64,000 bases of DNA from Psammoneis japonica (taxonomy: Eukaryota): positions 1 through 64,000 of the forward strand of contig QPGO01000008.1 in assembly GCA_008632985.1 (NCBI GenBank), in the 5' to 3' direction. Within the stretch, counting starts at the first letter, position 1. Each line of letters starts with the position of its first letter. The notes below the pieces were generated by a model that was not told the origin of the DNA, searched no databases, and saw nothing but the letters and a program-made list of their open reading frames with translations. Positions 9,370 through 20,462 of this stretch are shown one piece after another. The position numbers and the translations under genes were made by a program.

Positions 9370-12316
9370 AACATGTCCTTTCAAGGAAAACAAACATGTT
9401 TTCCTTGAAAAGACATGTTTGTTTTCCTTGAAACCACATGTTTGTTTTCCTTGAAACCACATGTTTGTTTTCCTTGAAATGACACGTTTGTTTTCCTTGA
9501 AAAGACATGTTTGTTTTCTTTGAAACAACATGTTTGTTTTTCTTGAAAAGACATGTTTGTTTTCCTTGAAAAGACATGTTTGTTTTCCTTGAAACCACAT
9601 GTTTGTTTTCCCTGAAACAACACTTTTGTTTTCCTTGAAACGACATGTTTGTTTTCCTTGAAAAGACATGTTTGTTTTCCTTGAAAAGACATGCTTGTTT
9701 TCCATGAAACGACATGTTTGCTTTCTTTGAAACCACGTGTTTGTTTTTCTTGAAAACACATGTTTGTTTTCCTTGAAACGACATGTTTGTTTTCCTTGAA
9801 ATGACATGTTTGCTTTCCTTGAAAAGACACCTTTGTTTTCCTTGAAAAGACATGATTGTTTTCCTTGAAACCACGTGTTTGTTTTCCTTGAAAAGACATG
9901 TTTGTTTTCCTTGAAATGACACATTTGTTTTCCATGAAACAACATGTTTGTTTTCCTTGAAACAACACGTTTGTTTTCCTTGAAAACACATGCTTGTTTT
10001 CCTTAAAATGACATGTTTGTTTTCCTTGAAAAAACATGTTTGTTTTCTTTGAAACAACACGTTTGTTTTCCATGAAACAACATGTTTGTTTTCCTTGAAA
10101 CCATGTGTTTGTTTTCCTTGAAAACACATGTTTGTTTTCCTTGAAACGACATGTTTGTTTTCCTTGAAATGACGTGTTTGTTTTCATTGAAAAGACATGT
10201 TTGTTTTCCTTGAAAAGACACGTTTGCGGCATGTTTGTTTTCCTTGAAAAGACATGTTTGTTTTCAACACATGTTTGTTTTCCTTGAAACCACATGTTTG
10301 TTTTCCTTGAAACAACACGTTTGTTTTCCTTGAAAAGACACGCTTGTTTTCCTTGAAAAGACATGTTTGTTTTCCTTAAAAAGACATGCTTGTTTTCCAT
10401 GAAACGCCATGTTTGTTTTCCTTGAAACCAAATGTTTGTTTTCCCTGAAAACACATGTTTGTTTTCCTTGAAAAGACACCTTTGTTTTCTCTGAAAAGAC
10501 ATGCTTGTTTTCCGTGAAACGACATGTTTGTTTTCCTTGAAACCACATGTTTGTTTTCCTTGAAACCACGTGTTTGTTTTCCGTGAAACGACATGTTTGT
10601 TTTCCTTGAAATCACATGTTTATTTTCCTTGAAAAAACACACTTGTTTTCCTTGAAATGACACGTTTGTTTTCTCTGAAAAGACATGTTTGTTTTCCTTG
10701 AAATGATGTGTTTGTTTTCCTTGAAAAGACATGTTTGTTTTCCTTGAAAAGACATGTTTGTTTTCCTTGAAATGACAGGTTTGTTTTCCTTGAAACTGCA
10801 TGTTTGTTTTTCTTGAAATGACACCTTGGTTTTCTCTGAAAAGATGTGTTTGTTTTCCTTGAAACGACACGTTTGTTTTTCTTGAAACGACACATTTGTT
10901 TTCCTTGAAAAGATGTGTTTGTTTTCTTTGAAACAACATGTTTGTCTTTAAACGACATGTTTGTTTTCCTTGAAAAGACATGTTTGTTTTCTTTGAAAAG
11001 ACACGCTTGTTTTTCTTGAAACGACATGTTTGTTTTCCTTGAAAAGACATGTTTGTTTTCTCTGAAACCACATGTTTGTTTTCCCTGAAAATGCACATTT
11101 GTTTTCCTTGAAAAGACATGTTTGTTTTCCTTGAAACGACACATTTGTTTTCCTTGAAAAGACACATTTGTTTTCCTTGAAAAGACATGTTTCTTTTCTT
11201 TGAAAAGACATGCTTGTTTTCCATGAAACAACATGTTTGCTTTCCTTGAAACCACATGTTTGCTTTCCTTGAAACAACATGTTTGTTTTCCTTGAAACGA
11301 CACGCTTGTTTTCCTTGAAAAGACATGATTTGTTTCCTTAAAAAAACATGTTTGTTTTCCTTGAAATGTTACATTTTTTTTCCTTGAAAAGACATGTTTG
11401 TTTTCTTTGAAACGACATGTTTGTTGAGGTGACTTTGAAACAACATGTCTGTTTTCTTTGAAACAAGGTGTTTGTTTTCTTTGAAAAGACACGCTTGTTT
11501 TCCTTGAAATGACATGTTTTTTTCCCCTGAAATGACATGTTTGTTTTCCTTGAAACCACATGTTTGTTTTCCTTGAAACCACATGTTTGTTTTCCTTGAA
11601 ATGACACGTTTGTTTTCCTTGAAAAGACATGTTTGTTTTCTTTGAAACAACATGTTTGTCATTCTTGAAAAGACATGTTTGTTTTCCTTGAAAAGACATG
11701 TTTGTTTTCCTTGAAACCACATGTTTGTTTTCCCTGAAACGACACTTTTGTTTTCCTTGAAACGACATGTTTGTTTTCCTTGAAAAGACATGTTTGTTTT
11801 CCTTGAAAAGACATGCTTGTTTTCCATGAAACGACATGTTTGCTTTCTTTGAAACCACGTGTTTGTTTTCCTTGAAAACACATGTTTGTTTTCCTTGAAA
11901 CGACATGTTTGTTTTCCTTGAAACGACATGTTTGTTTTCCTTGAAAAGACATGTTTGTTTTCCTTGAAAAGCCATTTTTTCCCTTGAAGCAACATGTTTG
12001 TTTTCCTTGAAAAGACATGTTTGTTTTCAAGACATGTTTGTTTTCCTTGAAACGACACGTTTGTTTTCCTTGAAAAGACATGTTTGTTTTCCTTGAAATG
12101 ATGTGTTTGTTTTCCTTGAAAAGACATGTTTGTTTTCTTTGAAAAGACATGCTTGTTTTCTTTGAAACCACATGTTTGTTTTCCTTGAAACCACATGTTT
12201 GTTTTCCTTGAAACAACGTGTTTGTTTTCCTTGAAAAGACATGTTTGTTTTTCTTGAAATGACACGTTTGTTTTCTCTGAAAAGACATGTTTGTTTTCCT
12301 TGAAACGACATGTTTG
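9370..12316. repeat. 23-bp tandem satellite array (~2.9 kb) with higher-order duplications and one inverted head unit
   Basis: Same unit as 1-1002. Confidence 0.97.
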
Positions 12317-13423
12317 CCAAGGTTTTTTGCAAGAATCTGAAAGAGTTGTTGTCACAATCAAACCCAACCTCTGGCTCACACAAGTGGCTGAAAACCTGGA
12401 GTTCATCAAACCTGGCATGGAGTTTGAGAGCACTTGGATGAAGACAAAGCCACAACAGGTGACACCACACATTCATGCCCAAAGCAGTGCTGGGGGCTTG
12501 TGTGTTGTTCATTCCTGCAACAACTGCCATCATTGTGGCACATCTCTTTGTCATCATTTTCATCATCAACGGTGTTGGTGCTCAGTGCTTCATCAACTTT
12601 TTCATGTTGTCATCTGCACTGGCTTCTTCTTCCTTGAGCTTGGCATGGGGTGCACCACCCTCAATCACTGAAGGTGCCCTTGCACTCCTCTGTGCTCTTG
12701 GGCATTCCTGTGGCTTGTCTTTGGGGGCATCGGCCTTGCAGAGTTGGCCAGTTTGCAGGGCAAATGAAGAGCCTTGGGGAGCTTCCATCTGTGTGTGTTG
12801 TCGGGTGTTGCGGCTCTTCTTTTCAATGCATTCATCCAAGAAACATGGCACACATGCACATTGCAATGCTTGCTTGTCAGAAGCACCAGGTGGAAGACAA
12901 CAACCACTCCAGCCCAGTGGCAAGAGTTGAGGAAGGCAAGCGAGGGGAGGCACCTCTCCCTTCGAAGTGTTTGTGCTCAGAAAGTTTGGCTTGTGTGCTG
13001 GCCAGTGGTTGCTGGCAGGCACAGCTCTTCTTTCTGCAACTCTGCTCACTGAATCAGGGAGAATGGAGGGCCAACACTTGCTCTTGCGCAGCTAATCTCA
13101 GCATGTTTCTCGATGCTTTGGACTCATCGGGGACAGCAGCAGACAGTTTCCGTTCGTTCGTCGCATCGCGGCGGCTCGCTTTTGTCCTTGCTTTGTGTCT
13201 ATTTAGTTTTTGGAACAATGTCAATTCAATTTTTATTATCAACAATTTTGTACCACAACGTCTTTATACTTCCTTTAACTTTGTATACAAATGTTGTTCA
13301 ATTTTTGTTGGAGTCTCCAGTATCAAATGTGTTGTGAAATTCCTGTAGAAAAGACAAATTGAAAACACTCACGATTCACTCCATCCAATCGCGATATCTG
13401 CAGAGAAACACAAAAATTTGCCA

Positions 13424-16289
13424 ATGATGCCCATGCCGCACCACCCCTGGTCTTTGAACGGGCTCTTGACGGTATTATTGTTGGTTCTGTTGCTGTGTCA
13501 TTATGGTAAGTATTAATGTATAAGAGTCTGATCGAAATACCTATTGATTGGTGCATTCAGATCACTTCTTTGTTTGTTTTTAACATGTCATTCTTCTTCA
13601 CATAATTCTCTTCACAACAACACGTAAAGCACACGCACAACCCCCCAACGATCTGTGCGCCAATGCTCAATCTCTAACCCCCAACGGACCTATTCAGTCG
13701 GGCACGACTATTGGAGCCACTTCTGCTGATCTTGGAGGCAACGTGGGTGTTTGGTACATCGCAACGGGAACCGGGCGGCCGTTCTCCGTGTCGACGTGTT
13801 CCTCCGCTACCGACTTTGAGACTCAGCTTCGGCTTTTTACTGCATGCGACGATGCCTTTCCGTTGCAAGAAGGTACAGACAGCACCTGCGGCGATACGAA
13901 CACCAACAACAATGTTGCTCCCGTCTTGACGTGGGAGACACAACCTGACGTGTCGTACCTCATTTTTGTGGGTGGAACGACGCCGGGCGCCGCTGGGACT
14001 GGTAATTTTGGGATTTCACTCATCGAGTATCAAACTCCGCCCAATGACGCTTGTGTAGATGCGGAACCATTAGTCTTGAATGGTCCCATACAAGCGGGAT
14101 ACACGATTAATGCGACGCAAGACACCTTTGATGGCATCAATGGAGCCGATGTGACGCACCGCGGAGTGTGGTACAGTGTAGTGGGCAATGGAAACGCGAT
14201 TGAAGTATCCACGTGTTCAGCTCAAACAGACTTTCAAACGTTTCTCTATGTACGGGAAAGTTGTGAAGTCACTTCGAATGCTCTTTTTGAATCTGTTTCC
14301 GACGATACGTGTTCCGATACAGCACGAGCCGTCAAGGCAAAGTGGGACACTAGGAATGGAAAAATCTATTATATTTACGTTACATCCTTGTATGCAGGCA
14401 TCACGGGTCAATTTGGTATTTCCGCCATGGACTTTGATGCTCCCGCCAATGATATGTGTCGTGCTTCCGAAGTGATTTCCCTCAATGGACCCGTGGTTGT
14501 GAGTGATACCATGAATGCAACGCGAGACGTTTTTGATAATGAAAATGACAAGGGTATCTTCTTTCGCGGAGTATGGTTCATCATGACGGGCCGTGTTGGA
14601 AATTTCACAGCTACTACGTGCTTTGACACGACGGATTTCATTTCACAAATTTACGTCAAGAGCGATGATAACTGTTTGCCAACCAGGGATGCAATTGCGG
14701 CCAGCACTCCAGACTCAAGCTGTAGCAATCCTCGTGCTGCAACGGTAAAGTGGGCATCCGACGCAAATTCAATATTTTATCTTGTAGTGGGCGGTGTGGA
14801 TCCAACGGCCACTGGGAATTTTGCACTTCGCATCACGGACGACACTGGTACAAGCGTTCCTTTGCCACCAGCTGTTGGGGTGCCAGCACCCACACCTCTG
14901 GTAAATCCGGATCCCCTTCCAGAAGGACCGGCGGCTCGTTTGTGCACCGATGCCACGACCTTGTCAATCAACGCTGGAACCGCCACTGGATCGACAGAAG
15001 GGGCATTAGTCAATGTCTTCTTGACCACGGGAGGTTTTCAAGTCCAACGCGCCGGTGTATGGCATTTAGTAGTGGGGAACGGACGAACCATGACGGTGTC
15101 GACTTGCTCCGACGCTACCAGTTTTGAAACACAATTGTGGCTCCGGGACGACTGCAGTCCAGCAATCAATTCTCTTGAAATCGGCGAACAAGATGCTGAC
15201 TGCAACAACCCCAATGGGGCCGTTCTCACGTGGGACTCGATACCTAACAAATTGTACTATATTTTTATTGGTGGAACTGCGACTGCCACGATTGGTAATT
15301 TCGGCGTATCCCTGGTGGATGTACAACCACCAGTAAACGACTTGTGTTTTGACGGTGCGCCGCTCCTTGTGAATGGTCCCATTACCTTTGGCACCTCCAT
15401 CCATGCAACGCCGGATTCGCTTCGGACTCAAGGAGGATCGGGTTTGACTCGACGCGGTAGTTGGTTCATTGTGGTGGGGAACGGTGAGCCACTTACTGCC
15501 TCCACCTGCTTTCCGCGAACCAACTTTGTGACACAAATGCATGTATATTCGTCTTGTGACTCGAGACGTGAGAACCCACTCGCCGTGAGCGTTTCGGATT
15601 CAGCCTGTGTTCATGGTGAAGCAGCACAAGCAGTCTGGAACTCGGTAAAGGATACACTCTATTACATCTTTGTTGGAGGCACCAGCAGTTCCGTTTCAAG
15701 TACGGGTGACTTCTCCATTAGAGTAACGGATAGCCTGGCAGAGTCCGTGACACCGCCTCCAACCATGGCTCCAACCGTCACACCAGTCGTGACAAGTTCG
15801 CCAACCCTTTCGCCGTCCAGCGCGCCAACACGTTCGCCAACCCTTTTGCCGTCCAGCGCGCCAACACGTTTGCCGTCTGTTGAGCCTTCTGCGCCCCCCA
15901 CTACCCTTTCGCCGTCATTGACGCCGACTGATTTGCCTTCTGAGTTGCCAAGCTTGTCTCCAAGCATGTCGGAACAATCCGCTGCTCCGAGTTTGACAAT
16001 GCCATCGTCTATGCCCAGTGTTGTTACGGCGACCGGTAAACCGTCTCAATCGCTATCGCCGACCGGTGAGACTACTTCTTCCCAACTCCCTGTTGCACCT
16101 TCAACGTCGCCTCCAACAGCCAGTCAGACCTCAAGTCAAACCAATGAACCAACGGGAACGGAATTCATATCATCGGTTCCAACGATCATGGACACTGCAT
16201 TGCCGACGGATGATTCTGCTGCTACTGTTGCACGCTACTTTGTTGGGGGGGTTGGAGGTGCTACACTGCTGTTCTTGATGCTAATTTAA
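13424..16289 (+). CDS. Secreted/cell-surface protein: signal peptide, five ~130-aa repeats (PPNDxC...GVWY...STC...T.F.T), Pro/Ser/Thr-rich stalk, hydrophobic C-terminus (GPI/TM-like); intron 13506-13629
   Basis: Exon 1 MMPMPHHPWSLNGLLTVLLLVLLLCHY, then GTAAG...AAG spliced in frame into ORF 13743..16289. Confidence 0.85.
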
Positions 16290-16299
16290 ATCAGCATAT

Positions 16300-19200
16300 A
16301 TTTCATCCGCGGCTGTGAGACATTGAAGCCATCCGGATACAACTTGGAGACTCCATACACGAATGCGTAATGCAGTCTTTTCCAGCATTCTACATCGTCC
16401 AACTTAATGTATAATAAAAGAAGTTTCGCCCCCACCCCTACCTGTCTACTAGCCATAGACATGATGATGTGCCACCGGCAGATCATCACTTCGGCGATAC
16501 ATTGGCAAAGGGCGTCCGATGGCATTTATGAAAAACGCATATAGTATGGCGAGTTGATTGTGCTTGGGTCCGTGAGCGAACCGACAGATCGTTGCCAAGT
16601 TGCTTGCGTGTATGTATCCAGTGCGCAAACAGTTCCTCTTGGCCTTCACGGTTGGTGCAGCTCTGTGCCTCATGAACCGAATGGCAAACGTGCTATGATC
16701 ATCCGTACTGCAATCTCGTTTGGAAAGCAATGGCACAAAACATGGAGCCGCGCTCGAAGTAAGTGGGTGAGCGTCACCAAATTAGCGAATACAGTTGTGA
16801 AGAATGCCGGAGAGTACCTCCTTCACTGTCGTGTCTGTGGAGAGAGACTCAGAGGTATACTGGCAAGAATAAGCGACTAGTCAGACAATCGAAACTCTCG
16901 CGTTCGTGCGCAAACCTGCAGGAAATTGTCTTTTGTCATTTCGGTTCCAGCGTCACGATAGCAACTGCCTCTGTCTCGAGTTTGTAGTCAGCACCACTGC
17001 GAGTGAACAAGGAATGTTATCATGAGACGAAAACATATGCCTAGTGACGAAACCTCTGGAACGCTTCTCAAATGATACTTAGAGGTATCGACTTGCGTCA
17101 AAGTATAAAGGACTCTGAAGCCAAAACGACAGAGCTTTGAAGCTGTATGTTGCTCTTGCCTTCAATGTCGAGCACGTTCCAGCACTCGTTCCGAGTAGAA
17201 TAGCACACCATGATGCGACGAGAACATTTCTATAGATTGCTTCGCGGACGACTGAGGGAAGCACAGAGAGTCTCGTAACCCTCTCCCTTGGCATGCAATC
17301 AAGCAACGGCATTGGTACAAGCATTCGAGTGTCACCTAGGCCCGCGTTTAGTGTCAGTGGATCATCCAAGGTTGCCTCACAATGGAAAATTGAAAGGGGG
17401 GTCTGGATTTGTTTTTCAGCTTCAAACGCCAACCAATTCGGATGAAGACTGACGAGCCATTCCCTGACACATTCCAGATCCGACATCATGGAAGCAGTGT
17501 CGTCAAGCTGAAGAAACCTAGCGAATTAGCCCAACTTATCCTTGAGGACACAGCAGTGCCCAATCTACAACACGAAGTCTGTACGCTATGACCTCCGATA
17601 AAGTTCAGCTCTGCACGAAATATCGTAACCGAGTGCGATCCATCAAGACTCCAACAAGATCTTCTTCCTTTGCTGACAAGTATAGAAAGCGAAACAATCT
17701 ATTTGGCGGTCTCCGAGTGCCGCCATTTGACAGGTTGTCGAGAAGGGTAGTTTCCAGATCCTCCTGCTGATTTCTCACACGAGACATCTTGTGGCTTAGA
17801 TGTGCGATATGCCGGTAGCCTTTCGGTGTCGCGTATTTCTTTTGCAGGTTCACGGCAATAGATTTTGTAACTTGTTTTCAACTCGTTGATCTTTCTCTGG
17901 TGTCGGCGACGAAGCTCAATAGATCCTTTTCAGTCTTGACAACGAATGAACGTGTGATCTTATCAAGTGTGTTGGCTGGCGAGGGCCGAGAAGCGACAAC
18001 TCTTCTTGGGCTTGAGCCTTTGAGCATACTTGTTTTGTCTGTATTCATCCAGCACCCAGGCATCCCGAACTTCTAGCTTCTCACTGTCTGCCACGTTGGC
18101 TGGCGGAGAAAGCACAAAAAATGCAGTGGATCTCGAACTCTGCCACACCCATTTACACCTTATTGTACAGGAAAGCTTACCATGCGTGTAGGGCCCTACA
18201 CCTCAAATAGTTTCTCACTTTCGTTGGTGTCGAACGGTGAATTTTCCCAAGCGCCAATCTGTGGCCAATGAAATGTTTGCAGTATAGTGCGGCCAGATGT
18301 CGTCTTCCAAGGGCATCAGTAGCTTTGAGGCTGCCTAATTTCTGTTGCTCGTCGAAGATGTGGCATCGCAATTGCGCATTCCAATTCTTGGACACTTTCA
18401 CCTTGAACTGAATCTGTACACATCCGTGAGGGATCGACTCCTCAAGGATGAGCACGCTTTCTAAACCTGGCAAGCATCCTTGAGAAACTGCTTTGTTACA
18501 GCATTGCGTCGCATCGTTCGTCTACTTAAAGTTAAGCGCAGAACGACGAAGCGAAAAACGCAGCTCCGACTCCTCCGGGTTGACTGTCAGTTGGATACTC
18601 GGTTCCATCAAAACGTGACAAGATCTTGGTGAGACCCGTTGAACCGCGAAGAGGTCTCCGGAAGCTTTCTTTACCACAAAGAATGCCAATCTCTGCTGCT
18701 TTCGTCGGCAAATCGAGGGTGTCTATCTTGAGAAGCTGCAACTTGTCCGCATGGAGAGTTCTATCGTCGTCACCATGCTGTAGCTCGAACACTAGAGCGA
18801 CTCGTCGGTTGCGTCTTGCCTACGTTCATAATAGAAGCGTCCGTCGCATGGATGCATCACACAGCAATGTCGAAACCCTTTCGAAATCACTTCAAAGTTG
18901 ATGAGAACGTGCGTTTATAGGACGAATCACCAATCACCGAGCCTGGGAGAAGCCCGGGTGGCGCGCCGTCCAAAGACGAGTACTACTTCTACAACACCAT
19001 TCAGTAGATTCAAGGAGTAGTCCGACGAAACAGCTTCAACGCAACCTGTCGGATAGCCGTCGTCGTACAGTACACCCTGCCAAGCCAAATAGGAAGGTGA
19101 GTTTTCAATCACAAGGCGGAGACACGCTGACAGGAACACGCTATTATCTCTCGATACTGAAAAGATCTCTTCTACGGGTATCCTGCTCGAAACAACTGGC

Positions 19201-20200
19201 TGACAGGATGGCTGATTCAGTTCTTCCATGCCAACATCTAAACGAGCGACACGATAATCAGCTTGTTCTTAGCAGGGAGACGCCAAAGCATACATCCTCA
19301 ACCTGAAGAATCATTGACTTGGCCGTCCATGCAGAGAGTTGCCGAGGTGACAGCATAGCAAGCCGAAAGAGGTTTTCGTGCAAGGAAGTCACTGCATCCG
19401 GTTCAAAGAATGCCAACTTATTGCTGGTTAGTGCGGCGGTTCCTGACGTATTTGCGCCTGGATGTTGGGGCCAGAAACATCGACAATGCCCAATGTTATT
19501 GGCACCAGAACCAGGTGTGTCGTTAGCCACGGTTGCCTTGTTCACCAGTGTTCTCGTCGTTTCCAATCAGCAACCCCCACCAACAGGGAAGCGTGCCGAA
19601 GAGCACCATTCTACGAAATTTGAATCGCATTCCGTGCGCGTGCCCGTCCTGTGCAATTTCATTGCTCTCGACAACTTTTTCTGCAAGATTGAATCCTTGC
19701 GGCGCAATGACAATATCTTGATTGGTTCCTTTCCTGGGATTCTCTAGCTCGCGATTTCTTCTTCTGCCATTACTTCTCGGGTTGGCTCGTACCTTCGGGA
19801 AGTCCGATGCTCCAGTGATTCAAAATGGCATTCCATGGCCAGGGCCCCGACTGTTGGCAGTTCGGGTATACGAGGCGCAATAGCTGGAAGTTGCTGTCCG
19901 CCCGGTTCATTCTTCCTGCTGAGTCTACCCCGCTCATTCAACTTTTCTCTGTCAAGAAGCGAAACGCTAAATGACAGGTTTTGTCGCCGGTACAGCACAT
20001 GCCTACCGGTACAGACTTCGGCATTCTCATTTCTCTTTCAGCAGACCCGCGAAACGCCTATCCATATTGCCGATCCAGATCGTGCGTGAATGACGTGGTG
20101 AGCCAAAGAAGCTGCTCTGACCTTGCTCTACTTGAAGCTTATTTATCTCATCTCCAACCGCAAGCTGCCAACTCCACAATTCTTTCGTGTGAAAAGGGTA
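16300..20200 (-). pseudogene. Degraded large gene, DUF3638-like (P-loop/helicase-like) protein; outer limits uncertain
   Basis: Fragment HPNWLAFEAEKQIQ...LNAGLGDTRMLVPM...RVTRLSVL resembles the DUF3638 P.WL.FE.E...QLNMGEGKT.VI.P motif. Many stops and frameshifts. Confidence 0.45.
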
Positions 20201-20462
20201 AACAAGAATGACGTGGCGACTCCCACATAATGATTGTCAGTCACGAATGAAGAATTTGGTACAGCCCTTCTGCCACCAATTCTAATGAGGAATGAGCAAT
20301 GAGCCCGACCCGCGAACCGCGTGTGTGAATGCGATAGTTATTGCGTGCTTGGTAAAATGGCGGGTACCGTTGGCTGTTCAGCTCTCTCGCATTCATCTGT
20401 TCTGTTGTAGAAAACTGCGACATTCGAGACGTACCATAATCCTTTGCAAAAGGCTCCCTGCA

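Noticed and set aside
9370..12316. CRISPR array
   Set aside because: Units are head-to-tail with no unique spacers, there are no cas genes, and the context is eukaryotic.
8804..12569. Long ORFs with FKENKHV/RKTNMSF repeats
   Set aside because: They are translations of the stop-free minus strand of the 23-bp satellite and are open in all three frames.
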